In this document: positions 35,609 to 45,384 of the stretch, piece after piece
How positions within the stretch are numbered: position 1 is the stretch's first letter
Layout: every line of letters begins with the position of its first letter
Origin: Dehalococcoidia bacterium
GTDB taxonomy: Bacteria; Chloroflexota; Dehalococcoidia; GIF9; AB-539-J10
Length of the DNA stretch: 64,000 bases
Reading direction: 5' to 3'
Assembly (NCBI GenBank): GCA_046538235.1
Contig: JBKHJG010000007.1
Location: 10,517 to 74,516 of the forward strand
Made by a program: the position numbers and the translations under genes
Notes under the pieces: model-generated
What the model saw: the letters and a program-made list of their open reading frames with translations, nothing else
Told to the model about the DNA's origin: nothing
The model's database searches: none

Positions 35609-37162
35609 CTATACAGGAATGTTGCCATGCTTCTTTGGGGGTCTCGTCTCCCGCTTGGTGGAGAGCATCTCCAGCGCATTGATGATCTTGGGACGGCTGT
35701 CACGGGGCATAATGACCTCGTCCACGTATCCGCGCGAGGCGGCAATGTATGGATTGTATAGCAGGTCACGGTATTCTTGAACCTTCTCCTGCTGCTTCGT
35801 CTTGGGATCCGGCGCAGCCTCTATCTCCTTGCGGAATATGACCGGCGTAGCCCCTTCAGCACCCATAACTGCTATTTCTGCTGTGGGCCAGGCAAAAACA
35901 AAGTCCGCGCCCAGGTCCTTACTACACATGGCCAGGTAGGAGCCTCCATAGTCCTTGCGAGTGATCAGGGTGATCTTGGGAACCGTAGCCTCGGAGTAGG
36001 CCCACAGAAGCTTCGCTCCATGCCTGATGATTCCCGACCATTCCTGGTCCTTCCCCGGTAAGTAACCAGGAACATCGGCAATCGTAAATATAGGGATATT
36101 AAAGGCATCACAGAATCTGATGAACCGGGTGATCTTGTCCGAAGCATTGACGTCAAGACATCCAGCAAGATGCATAGGTTGATTGGCTATGACTCCCACG
36201 GCTCTACCGTTGATCCTGGCAAAGCAGATGATGGCGTTCTGAGCATAATGATAGTGGGGCTCAAGTATCTCACCGTTATCCACGATCGACCTGATAACAC
36301 TCCTCATATCGTAAGCCTTGTTGGGCTCATCCGGTATCAGGCTGTCGAGATGAGGGTCAACACGGTCCGCATCATCGCCAGGCTCAACGCAAGGTGGGTC
36401 CTCCATATTGTTGGCAGGAAGGTAACTGAGGAGCTTTCTTATGAGTCCAATAGCCTCAGCATCGCTCTCACAGGCAAAATGACACACACCGCTCTTAGTG
36501 GCGTGAGGCATGGCGCCACCAAGTTCTTCAGAAGTGATCTCCTCCCCCGTAACCTGCTTGACCACCGCCGGGCCGGTGATATGCATGTAGCTCGTACGCT
36601 TGGTCATGAAGACCCAATCAGTCATGGCCGGCGAGTAGACCGCGCCACCGGCGGTAGGCCCCATGATCGCTGAGAGCTGGGGAATGACTCCCGAGGCTGC
36701 GGAGTTGCGATAGAATATCTGGCCGTAGCCCGAGAGGGCATCGACTCCCTCCTGAATCCGGGCCCCGCCCGAGTCATTGAAGCCCACAACGGGAACACCG
36801 CACTTCAGGGCCAAGTCCATGATCTTGCATATCTTCTTGGCATGCATCTCACCCAACGTGCCCCCCATGGATGTAAAATCCTGGGAGAACGCGCACACCG
36901 GGCGACCATCTACCGTCCCATGTCCAGTGACGACTCCCTCCGCAGGAACCACAACTTCGTTCATGCCGAACAGCCTAGCTCGATGCCTGACGAACAAATC
37001 AAGCTCATGGAAGCTGCCGGCATCAAACAACAGATCGAGCCTTTCACGAGCGGTGAGTTTGCCCGACTTATGCTGCTTCTCTACCCGCTCCGGACCACCT
37101 AAGGCTTTCTCCCTGCGTTCTCTGTCCGCCAGGTCATCTAGCCGTTCGGAAACTGTGCCCAT
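35609..37162 (-). CDS. Methylmalonyl-/propionyl-CoA carboxyltransferase (MmdA/PccB/12S type)
   Basis: GKLTARER, DSGGARIQEG, GGAVYSPA, DVPGYLPG, KKHGNIP. Confidence 0.93.
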   Translation of the reverse strand: MGTVSERLDDLADRERREKALGGPERVEKQHKSGKLTARERLDLLFDAGSFHELDLFVRHRARLFGMNEVVVPAEGVVTGHGTVDGRPVCAFSQDFTSMGGTLGEMHAKKICKIMDLALKCGVPVVGFNDSGGARIQEGVDALSGYGQIFYRNSAASGVIPQLSAIMGPTAGGAVYSPAMTDWVFMTKRTSYMHITGPAVVKQVTGEEITSEELGGAMPHATKSGVCHFACESDAEAIGLIRKLLSYLPANNMEDPPCVEPGDDADRVDPHLDSLIPDEPNKAYDMRSVIRSIVDNGEILEPHYHYAQNAIICFARINGRAVGVIANQPMHLAGCLDVNASDKITRFIRFCDAFNIPIFTIADVPGYLPGKDQEWSGIIRHGAKLLWAYSEATVPKITLITRKDYGGSYLAMCSKDLGADFVFAWPTAEIAVMGAEGATPVIFRKEIEAAPDPKTKQQEKVQEYRDLLYNPYIAASRGYVDEVIMPRDSRPKIINALEMLSTKRETRPPKKHGNIPV

Positions 37163-37414
37163 ATAGACTCCTGCTCACGAATCGAGTCGCCTGCGCAGCA
37201 GGCTATTTTAGACTGAAGTGGCGGCCAAGGCAAATCCTTGAACTCATGGAGATATGGCCAAGATAGCTGCCCGCATATCCCGGACGGGTCCAAGGATCGC
37301 TGCCGTCAGAAACCAACCTAGCGCCCTCACCCGCTTGTGCTTTGGATCTGCTTTTGGGCATAATAATCGATGTTGCCCTTGCGGCCCAGACAAGGACGAT
37401 ATCATGAGGAAGAC

Positions 37415-38083
37415 TTGAAACCGCAGCTTATCGCACTTGACGGTCCGGTGGCAGTCGGCAAGAGCAGCGTAGGCTCTCTGCTAGCGAGAAAATTAGGGTA
37501 CGTTTTCTTCGATACCGGCATGATTTACCGGGCGTTCACCTGGAAGGTTCTCAAATCAGGTATTTCGCCGGAGGACAAGGACCAACTCTGTGACCTGGCA
37601 GGTGCCACTAAATTCGATTTCGTGCCCTCGCAGGAAGGTGTGCTGTCAGTATTTGTTGATAAGGAAGATGTCTCACCAAAGCTACTCTCCCCCGAAATAG
37701 AGGGACTAGTCGCTCTGACAGCCAAGGTCGCAGGGGTACGCCAGGCAATGGTAGCGGAACAGCGTAGACTAGCCCAGAGAGGAAGCGTGGTAATGGCAGG
37801 AAGGGACATAGGTACAGTGGTGCTGCCTTGGGCAGAACTTAAGATCTTCCTCACTGCCTCGGCCGAGGAGAGGGCCAGGCGCCGACATAAGGAGCTACAG
37901 CAGCGGCGACAGAACTCCAGCCTGGAGGCCGTTCTGGCCGACCTGAAGAGGCGAGACGAGATGGACATTAACAGAACCATCTCACCGCTCAGACCGGCTG
38001 CGGACGCCATCATTATCGATACGGAGGGCCATAGCCTGGAGCAGATCGTAGATAGAATACATGGTTTGGCAATGAATCTATGA
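37415..38083 (+). CDS. cmk: Cytidylate kinase
   Basis: ALDGP...GKSS, DTGMIYRA, GRDIGTVV; TTG start assumed. Confidence 0.93.
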   Translation: MKPQLIALDGPVAVGKSSVGSLLARKLGYVFFDTGMIYRAFTWKVLKSGISPEDKDQLCDLAGATKFDFVPSQEGVLSVFVDKEDVSPKLLSPEIEGLVALTAKVAGVRQAMVAEQRRLAQRGSVVMAGRDIGTVVLPWAELKIFLTASAEERARRRHKELQQRRQNSSLEAVLADLKRRDEMDINRTISPLRPAADAIIIDTEGHSLEQIVDRIHGLAMNL

Positions 38084-38730
38084 CCCTATCTCAAAAGCTC
38101 CTCCTCGGAGCATGCAAACCCCTGCTCGACCTCCTCTTTTCCTGGAAAGTTGAAGGTAGGCAAAACGTGCCTCCTACCGGGGCACTGCTTGTAGCAGCCA
38201 ATCATGTTCACGTTCTGGACCCGATCTTCCTCCAATTCAGCTTCCCGCGGTGGATTCACTTCATGGCCAAGGAGGAGCTATTTCGCTCCCTCTTTCTGAG
38301 ATTCTGGCTTCAGTGGGCCGGCTCTATATCTATACGCCGCGGTGGCCAGGTAAGTGAGAAACAGAAGATACTGGGCAGCGCCAGAACTACGCTGGAGGGA
38401 GGCCTGGTACTGGGCATGTTCCCCGAGGGCCGCCGAAGTTGCCATGGCAAACTCAGTCAAGGTAGACCGGGCTCGGCAGTCATAGCCTCGAAAGCCGCCA
38501 TCTCTCTGCTTCCCGTCGGCATCATCGGCACGGACAAGCTCAACGGCGTAAGCTGGCTATGGAAGCGTCCCCGAATAGTCATCAACATTGGCAGGCCATT
38601 CAAGCTCCCGCCTACTGACGGCAGGTTGAGCAGGTCCAAAATGCAGCTCTTGACAGCGCAACTAATGCAGGAAATCGCCGCTCTTCTGCCCCCCGAATAT
38701 CGAGGCGCTTATGAGAAACGTGACGATTGA
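38080..38730 (+). CDS. plsC: 1-acyl-sn-glycerol-3-phosphate acyltransferase
   Basis: NHVHVLD, FMAKEELF, FPEG.R. Confidence 0.9.
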   Translation: MTLSQKLLLGACKPLLDLLFSWKVEGRQNVPPTGALLVAANHVHVLDPIFLQFSFPRWIHFMAKEELFRSLFLRFWLQWAGSISIRRGGQVSEKQKILGSARTTLEGGLVLGMFPEGRRSCHGKLSQGRPGSAVIASKAAISLLPVGIIGTDKLNGVSWLWKRPRIVINIGRPFKLPPTDGRLSRSKMQLLTAQLMQEIAALLPPEYRGAYEKRDD

Positions 38731-39562
38731 GAAAGCCGAAGAACTGGGCCTCTGCTTCGGCGTGAGACGCGCCATGAAGCTGCTCAAGGAGGCAGCTGGC
38801 AGATATGGAGAAATCGAGACGCTGGGACCGGTTGCACACAACCGGGTACTGGTGGAGGCACTGGCCAAGCTAGGAGTGAGGCCTGTAGACAGTTTGGACC
38901 AGGCACATGGGAGAGTCATAGCTATCACGACCCATGGTACAAGCCCCCAGATACTCTCTGAGATCAGGGCTCGCGGCATCGATATCATTGACACAACCTG
39001 TCCTATAGTACACAGGGCCCAGCGCACAGCCCAAGAACTGGCTGAGTACGGCTTTCAGGTCATTATCTTCGGACAAGCAGAGCACTCCGAGGTGAAGGGA
39101 CTGCTGGGCTGGACGGGAGACAGGGGAGTTGCTGCGCTTGATCTCAAGCAACTCGCCAGTTCCGCAATACCGGCACCGCGCCTGGGCATTATCTCTCAGA
39201 CGACCCAAACCCGGTCCGACTTCTCCAGATTCGGCGGCCGGCTGGTCAGTGCCCTTTGTTCCAAGGCACAGGAGATACGCCTCGTCAACACATTATGTCA
39301 GGTCACCCAGGGGCACCAAGACGCTGCTGTGAGATTAGCCCGCAGGAGCCAGCTCATGATAGTGATTGGTGGAAGCAACAGCGCCAACGCCAGGCACCTC
39401 GTGGAGATATGTTCTCCCCTGGTGGAGACCCACCTGGTGGAAACAGCAGACGATATCGACGACTCCTGGCTGGTTGGCAAACAGCATATCGGGATCACTG
39501 CTGGAGCATCTACGCCGAACGAAGCCGTAGAGGAATTGACAGCCAGGCTTGCCTCTATGTAG
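38711..39562 (+). CDS. ispH: 4-hydroxy-3-methylbut-2-enyl diphosphate reductase
   Basis: GLCFGV, DTTCP, NTLC, SAN, TAGASTP. Confidence 0.93.
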   Translation: MRNVTIEKAEELGLCFGVRRAMKLLKEAAGRYGEIETLGPVAHNRVLVEALAKLGVRPVDSLDQAHGRVIAITTHGTSPQILSEIRARGIDIIDTTCPIVHRAQRTAQELAEYGFQVIIFGQAEHSEVKGLLGWTGDRGVAALDLKQLASSAIPAPRLGIISQTTQTRSDFSRFGGRLVSALCSKAQEIRLVNTLCQVTQGHQDAAVRLARRSQLMIVIGGSNSANARHLVEICSPLVETHLVETADDIDDSWLVGKQHIGITAGASTPNEAVEELTARLASM

Positions 39563-39565
39563 CCT

Positions 39566-39913
39566 TCAGCCGAGCTTACCGCCCAGCTTCCTGCCCCCTA
39601 TTAGATGAAGGTGAAGGTGTGGCACCACCTGTCCTCCCTCGTAGCCGCAGTTTATCACCAGGCGATAGCCCTTCTCAGCCAGACCCTCCTCTTCAGCAAG
39701 ACGCTTAGCTATGACTACAAGGCGTCCGGCAAGCTCCTGTTGCCCCTCATCAAGATGAGCCAGCGATGTTATGTGAGCCTTAGGTATGACAAGCAAGTGC
39801 GTGGGTGCTTGAGGCGCTATATCTTTGAAGGCCAGGCAGGCCTCATCTTGATACGCTATGTCGCAAGGAAGCTCACCAGCAACAATCCGGCAAAAAATGC
39901 ATTCCTCTGCCAT
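39566..39913 (-). CDS. Histidine triad nucleotide-binding protein
   Basis: CIFCRI, HLHLH. Confidence 0.93.
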   Translation of the reverse strand: MAEECIFCRIVAGELPCDIAYQDEACLAFKDIAPQAPTHLLVIPKAHITSLAHLDEGQQELAGRLVVIAKRLAEEEGLAEKGYRLVINCGYEGGQVVPHLHLHLIGGRKLGGKLG

Positions 39914-39925
39914 AATACTGCTCCT

Positions 39926-41137
39926 TTAGATAATCACTCCTTCTCGTCGTAGATCCTCAATCTCTGCCCGCTCATAACCCAACTCCCGCAGTGTTTCATC
40001 AGTGTGCTCACCAGGAAGCGGCGATAGCGTTCTGACCTGGCCCGGCGTTCCTGAGAACTTGGGAGCTATGCCCACCTGCCTGACCCTGCCCAGGATCGGA
40101 TGTTCTACCTCGATAACCATTTGGCGGTGAAGCACCTGGGGGTCCGCGAAAACCTCTTCGGGCTCATAGACTTTCCCGGCAGGCACATCACTATTGATCA
40201 GTAACTCGAACCATTCGTCTCTTGTCCTGGTCAGGAACGTCTGCTTCAGGAAAGAGCGGATCTCGTCCCACTTCTCGTCCTCCGGTTTGTGGAAGGTATG
40301 CTCCAGGGCGAAATGATATGGTACAAGATCCTCCCTCGCCAAGAACCGGCACAGGTTCTCCCAGAAGTGCGGCTCAAGGCAGCCAATGGTAATATACTTC
40401 CCATCCTTGGTCTGGTACACTCCGTAATAGGGATAGGCACCGTGCAGCCACGACTGGCCCCTGCTCAGTGCCGACCCGTCAAAGAAGTAGCCACAGGTAA
40501 GCCAGGTCATAAGCGAAAGCGCTCCATCCAGGTAAGCCACATCCACATATTGCCCTTGCCCCGTCTTATTTCTGGCCAGCAAAGCCACCACAATGCCCAG
40601 AGCCCCATATAGCGCCGCCCCAGCCAGGTCAGCAACCAGATTCAAGGGGACGACCGGAGGTCCATCGGCCGACCCGATCAAGCCCAGGACACCAGCCATA
40701 GCTATGTAGTTGATATCATGCCCCGGGAAGGCACGGTAAGGCCCATCCTGACCATAGCCACTCAGCGAGCAGTAGATAATTCCAGGGTTGAGCTTGCTAA
40801 CAGTCTGGTAGTCTATCCCCAACCGTCCGGCAACTCCCGGCCGGAACCCTTCGACAACAACATCGGCCCGCTGAGAAAGGCGCCCAAATATCTCGCGTCC
40901 CGCCTCCGCCTTCAGGTTGAGCACAATGCTCTTCTTGTTGCGGTTGGGCGCATAGTAAGCAGCTGCCTTCCGGGTGCTCTCCTCGGCTGACGATCCCGGC
41001 GCACTGATGAACTCAGATACGCCCGGCGCCTCAATCTTGAGGACTTCGGCTCCCAGATCTCCCAGCAGCATGGTGCAGAAGGTGCCGGGAATCACCCTCG
41101 ACAAGTCCAGAATCTTCACACCTTGCAAAGCTAACAT
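39926..41137 (-). CDS. CaiB/BaiF family III CoA transferase (AMACR-like)
   Basis: LGDLGAEV.KIE, NRNKKS, EGFRPG, GHDINY; start MLALQG at 41137. Confidence 0.9.
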   Translation of the reverse strand: MLALQGVKILDLSRVIPGTFCTMLLGDLGAEVLKIEAPGVSEFISAPGSSAEESTRKAAAYYAPNRNKKSIVLNLKAEAGREIFGRLSQRADVVVEGFRPGVAGRLGIDYQTVSKLNPGIIYCSLSGYGQDGPYRAFPGHDINYIAMAGVLGLIGSADGPPVVPLNLVADLAGAALYGALGIVVALLARNKTGQGQYVDVAYLDGALSLMTWLTCGYFFDGSALSRGQSWLHGAYPYYGVYQTKDGKYITIGCLEPHFWENLCRFLAREDLVPYHFALEHTFHKPEDEKWDEIRSFLKQTFLTRTRDEWFELLINSDVPAGKVYEPEEVFADPQVLHRQMVIEVEHPILGRVRQVGIAPKFSGTPGQVRTLSPLPGEHTDETLRELGYERAEIEDLRREGVII

Positions 41138-41170
41138 GCCTGTTCCTCGGCCGGTCGAACAGGCATTATA
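41136..41170. promoter_or_regulatory. 10-bp inverted repeat overlapping the -10 box and start codon of the CoA transferase
   Basis: atgcctgttc-N11-gaacaggcat; TATAAT on the minus strand at 41165-41170. Confidence 0.55.
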
Positions 41171-41240
41171 AGCCATTTCAGCAGTGCTTTGCATTTTTGG
41201 CTTTATTGTGCTAAATTGCCAGATAAAGGGACCCGAAGTA

Positions 41241-41261
41241 AAGGTGGGGATTACCCACCTT
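41241..41261 (+). promoter_or_regulatory. rimP-leader-like hairpin upstream of nusA
   Basis: aaggtggg-gatta-cccacctt, the GTGGG/CCCAC stem typical of rimP-nusA-infB leaders. Confidence 0.65.
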
Positions 41262-41299
41262 AATTTGTTAAGTAGAAGAAGTCAGGCAGGAATGGAAAG

Positions 41300-42685
41300 A
41301 TGAAAACGGAGCTTAGGGCTGCGATTACCCAGCTTTCAGCCGAACGGCACTTGCCCAAGGAAGTTGTACTGGCCGCGTTGGAGTCAGCGCTGGCTTCGGC
41401 GTATAAGAGGGAAATGGCCACTCCGGAGCAAGACATAGTGGTAAGAGTAGACCCCAACGCCGGGGAGATCAACTTCTATGTTCAGAAGGTTGTAGTGGAG
41501 TCAGTTACCGATCCAGACCGCGAGATCTCTGTGGAGGAAGCTCAAAAGCTGCGAGCTACAGCGCAGGTCGGCGATGCAGTCACTATAGAGTGCACGCCTG
41601 CGAATATCGGTCGCATTGCTGTCCAGGCGGCGAAACAAATCGTACTGCAGCGATTGCGGGAAGCAGAGCACCGCATCATCTACGAGGAACTGACCGATAG
41701 AGAGGGAAAGGTTATCACCGGAGCAATTCAGTTCATCGAACCTAAGCGGATTTATGTCAGACTCAACAAGACAGAGGCCATACTGCCTATTAACGAGCAG
41801 GTAGCTAGCGAGCATTACTACAGGGGCCAGCGGCTCAAGTTCTATCTGCTGCAGATAGCCCAGGGTGGCAGAGAGCCTCAGATCATAGTCTCGCGCTCTC
41901 ATCCCAACCTCATACGTCGCCTCTTTGAGCTGGAGATACCTGAAATCCACAATAGCATCGTGGAGCTAAGAGCCATAGCGCGCGAGGCCGGACAGCGGAC
42001 CAAAGTAGCTGTGGTCAGCAATCAGGAGAACATCGACCCTGTAGGGTGCTGTCTTGGCCCTCGGGGCATAAGGCTGCAGAGCATCATCAACGAACTGAAC
42101 GGCGAGAAGATAGACGTGGTCCAGTGGCACAGTGACCCCGGAGTTTTCATCTCTAACGCCCTAAGCCCGGCCCAAGTTGCAAGCATCAGGATCAGTGAGG
42201 AGAGCCACACGGCCACCGTGATTGTGCCTGATAAGCAGCTCTCCCTGGCCATCGGCAAGCAAGGGCAGAATGCCAGGCTGGCAGCCAAACTCACTGGCTG
42301 GCGCATCGATATCAAGAGTGTCTCCGCCATCGACGCGGAGAGAACGGTCACAGAGGAGCCTGAGCAGATGGAGGAGGCGATTGCGGCTGAGGCCATGGAA
42401 GTGGAGACACCGGAGGCGATGCTAGCTGAGGCAGTGGAAGCTGAGGCAGTGGAAGCTGAGGAGGTCGAAGCGGAAGAACAGGTAGAGCTTCCCAGCATTG
42501 CAGAAGCGCCGCCTGAGACGCCCGAGCAAAAGCAGATTCGTTTTGCTGAGGACATCCTGATGGCGGCGCTGAGAGGAGGAGTGACCGATAAGGACAGGGG
42601 CGGAGCTAAAGCCAAGAAAAGGGGAAAGGTGGTAAAGTACAAAGAGAAGGATGACGGGTTTGTCGATGATGAGATCGAAGAGTAA
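41300..42685 (+). CDS. nusA: Transcription termination factor NusA
   Basis: GRIAVQAAKQ, SRSHP, AIGKQGQNARLAAKLTGW. Confidence 0.97.
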   Translation: MKTELRAAITQLSAERHLPKEVVLAALESALASAYKREMATPEQDIVVRVDPNAGEINFYVQKVVVESVTDPDREISVEEAQKLRATAQVGDAVTIECTPANIGRIAVQAAKQIVLQRLREAEHRIIYEELTDREGKVITGAIQFIEPKRIYVRLNKTEAILPINEQVASEHYYRGQRLKFYLLQIAQGGREPQIIVSRSHPNLIRRLFELEIPEIHNSIVELRAIAREAGQRTKVAVVSNQENIDPVGCCLGPRGIRLQSIINELNGEKIDVVQWHSDPGVFISNALSPAQVASIRISEESHTATVIVPDKQLSLAIGKQGQNARLAAKLTGWRIDIKSVSAIDAERTVTEEPEQMEEAIAAEAMEVETPEAMLAEAVEAEAVEAEEVEAEEQVELPSIAEAPPETPEQKQIRFAEDILMAALRGGVTDKDRGGAKAKKRGKVVKYKEKDDGFVDDEIEE

Positions 42686-42953
42686 ACATCTGCCGCAACG
42701 GACTTGCATAGCTTGCCGGCAGACTAAGGAGAAGGGGTCCTTGATCCGCCTGGTGCGCGACGATGACGGAGGTGCCCGGGTGGACATATCTGGCAATAAG
42801 CCAGGCAGGGGTGCATACGTATGCCCTGATAGAGCTTGCTTTGAGTTGGTGCTGAAGAAGAACCGCCTGGAGTATGCCTTGCGGACGAAGCTCAGCGCCG
42901 ATGATCGACAGGCTTTGCTGCAGTTTGTTCATGACTTGCCGGAGGAGAGCTAG
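42666..42953 (+). CDS. ylxR: YlxR/RnpM family protein
   Basis: PQRTCIACR, LIRLVR, GRGAYVC. Confidence 0.92.
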   Translation: MMRSKSKHLPQRTCIACRQTKEKGSLIRLVRDDDGGARVDISGNKPGRGAYVCPDRACFELVLKKNRLEYALRTKLSADDRQALLQFVHDLPEES

Positions 42954-42955
42954 AT

Positions 42956-44707
42956 TTGGAGAAAAAGAAGCCGGGATTGAAAGAAGAGCCGCCGCCAGTT
43001 GAGCTTCCTGCTTCGGTGACTGTCAAGCAGTTAGCGGACCTGTTGAGAGTAGAGCCTGTCAAGATAATCAAGCAGCTCATGCGCAAAGGCATCATGGCCA
43101 ATATTAACCAGACGGTCGACTTCGATACGGCAAGCTCAATAGCTACCGACCTCGGCTATCAGGTGAAAGCTGCAGAAGAGCACAGGGCCCCAACTTCGCG
43201 CAGGGCAACAGGCAAGGGAAAGCTCTCAACCCGCCCTCCGGTGGTTACCGTAATGGGACACGTTGACCACGGCAAGACCAGCCTGCTTGACGTAATCAGA
43301 AAGACCAACGTCGCCGCCCGGGAAGTAGGGGCGATTACCCAGCATATTGGTGCCTACCAAGCTTCGGTAAACGGACGCAAGATAACATTCCTGGACACAC
43401 CGGGACATGAAGCTTTTACTGTCATGAGGGGCAGAGGGGCAAAAGCAACTGATATTGTAATCCTGGTGATTGCCGCTGACGACGGGGTGATGCCGCAGAC
43501 TGTGGAAGCCATAAACCACGCCAAGGCCGCCGGAGTGCCCATCGTAGTTGCCATCAATAAGATGGATAAACCGGATACCAATCCCGAGCGGATCAAGCAA
43601 CAGCTCACTGACCTGGGGCTGGTTGTTGAAGAGTGGGGCGGCGACACCGTTTGCGTGCCCATATCGGCCAAGCAAGAGCAAGGGATTCCAGAACTATTGG
43701 AAAACCTGTTTCTCGTTGCCGACATACTGTCGCTGGAAGCCGATCCTGACGGTGCCGCAGAGGGAGTTGTCATTGAGGCTAAGCTGGACAAGAGCAGAGG
43801 CCCTCTGGCTACTTTCCTCGTTCAGAAGGGCACTCTAAAACTGGGCGACGTGGTGGTCGCCGGCTCTGCCTGGGGCAAGATAAGAGCCATGTTTGATGAT
43901 CAAGGAAAGCGGGTCAATAAGGCGGAGCCGTCAACTCCGGTGGAGGTGCTGGGCCTGAACGAGGTGGCGAAATCGGGAGACCTGTTTGTGGTGCTCCCCG
44001 ATGAGCATGAGGCGCGAGGCCTGGCCGAAAAACAGCAACCTGCCAGGCCGCATATCGCCCAGAGCTTGAGCGCTCTCTCCAGCCAGATAAGTGATGGTCA
44101 GCTCAAGGAGCTCAACATAGTCCTCAAGACGGACGTCGATGGCAGCATAGAGCCCATAAAGACTTCGATTGAACGATTGGGCACAGAGAAGGCCAAAGCA
44201 AGAGTCATCCATGCTGCCAGCGGGAGCATCACCGAGAGTGATGTGCTTCTGGCCTCGGCTTCGAACGGCATTATCATCGGCTTCAACACTCCCACCTCAC
44301 CAGGAGCAACGCAATTGGCCAGTGCGGAAGGTGTCGGCATCCAGCATTATGATGTGATCTATAAGCTGATAGAAGACATGGACAGGACACTGAAAGGGAT
44401 GCTCGAGCCCACTTATGGTGAAGTGCTGAGCGGCCGCGCTGAAGTAAGGGCGGTGTTCCCCAGCAGCAAGCTCGGCAAGGTAGCCGGAGTCTACATCATG
44501 GAAGGGGAGGCAAGGAGGGATGCCCAGGTCAAGGTACTACGCCGCAATAAAGTCACCTGTGAATCCAGGGTCTCCAGCTTGAAGCGGTTCAAGGACGATG
44601 TTGCCGAGGTCTCGGCTGGACTGGAAGCTGGTCTGGGCATAGAGGAAGCCGTCGATTTTCAAGTTGGAGACATCGTCGAGTTCTACCGAAGGGAAAGAAT
44701 AGGTTAG
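42956..44707 (+). CDS. infB: Translation initiation factor IF-2
   Basis: GHVDHGKT, ITQHIGAY, DTPGH, NKMD. Confidence 0.97.
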   Translation: MEKKKPGLKEEPPPVELPASVTVKQLADLLRVEPVKIIKQLMRKGIMANINQTVDFDTASSIATDLGYQVKAAEEHRAPTSRRATGKGKLSTRPPVVTVMGHVDHGKTSLLDVIRKTNVAAREVGAITQHIGAYQASVNGRKITFLDTPGHEAFTVMRGRGAKATDIVILVIAADDGVMPQTVEAINHAKAAGVPIVVAINKMDKPDTNPERIKQQLTDLGLVVEEWGGDTVCVPISAKQEQGIPELLENLFLVADILSLEADPDGAAEGVVIEAKLDKSRGPLATFLVQKGTLKLGDVVVAGSAWGKIRAMFDDQGKRVNKAEPSTPVEVLGLNEVAKSGDLFVVLPDEHEARGLAEKQQPARPHIAQSLSALSSQISDGQLKELNIVLKTDVDGSIEPIKTSIERLGTEKAKARVIHAASGSITESDVLLASASNGIIIGFNTPTSPGATQLASAEGVGIQHYDVIYKLIEDMDRTLKGMLEPTYGEVLSGRAEVRAVFPSSKLGKVAGVYIMEGEARRDAQVKVLRRNKVTCESRVSSLKRFKDDVAEVSAGLEAGLGIEEAVDFQVGDIVEFYRRERIG

Positions 44708-44731
44708 CGTATTGCTGGATAGGAGATTGAG

Positions 44732-45079
44732 ATGAGCAGGCGGAGCGAGCGGACAGGCAGGCTTATTCAGCGTGAGATCAGTGAACTGCTTGAGCGTCAG
44801 GTCAACGACCCCAGATTGAGCAGGCTTATCTCGGTAACGGAGGTAACCCTCTCACCTGATCTCAAGCATGCCAAGGTATTCGTCAGCACTTTAGGCAGCG
44901 AAATGAACAAGGAAGATATGCTGGCCGGCTTCAACAGGGCATCAGGCTTCTTGCGCAAGGAACTCGCGTTACACCTGAGGCTAAGACATACACCGGAACT
45001 CAGCTTTCATTATGATGATTCCATGGAGCGAGGAGCGAAGCTACTGAGCTTGATGCGCGAACTCACCGACACTGAATAG
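44732..45079 (+). CDS. rbfA: Ribosome-binding factor A
   Basis: DPRL, SPDLKHAKVFVS, LRHTPELSFHYD. Confidence 0.95.
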   Translation: MSRRSERTGRLIQREISELLERQVNDPRLSRLISVTEVTLSPDLKHAKVFVSTLGSEMNKEDMLAGFNRASGFLRKELALHLRLRHTPELSFHYDDSMERGAKLLSLMRELTDTE

Positions 45080-45113
45080 CAGTATGGAGCCTCGCGAAGC
45101 CCCGTCAAGGGTG

Positions 45114-45143
45114 TTGACAATCGCACCGGTAAATATGTATAAA
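45114..45143 (+). promoter_or_regulatory. Sigma70-like promoter upstream of ino1
   Basis: TTGACA-N18-TATAAA. Confidence 0.5.
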
Positions 45144-45384
45144 TTGGCCTGCAGCATCATGGTACATGCACGTACTTCGACCTCAAGCCCCAGATCGTCT
45201 CCGCTGCCCGCACATTGCTTTGCATGCTAGAAAGAGACAACAGGAAGAGTTGCCCGTGCCCAATCTTGAGGAGCGGAATGGCAGCGCTACGGCGAATCCA
45301 CCCAGTGTACGAAACACGGTTATGCCAAACGGGCCAGTCCGGCCGTAACGGCAGGATCTCCACATCTATGAAACGGAGGCAACA

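Noticed and set aside
42424-42461. 15-bp tandem repeat in nusA (AEAVE)
   Set aside because: Ordinary low-complexity acidic tail, unrelated to the 9-mer family.
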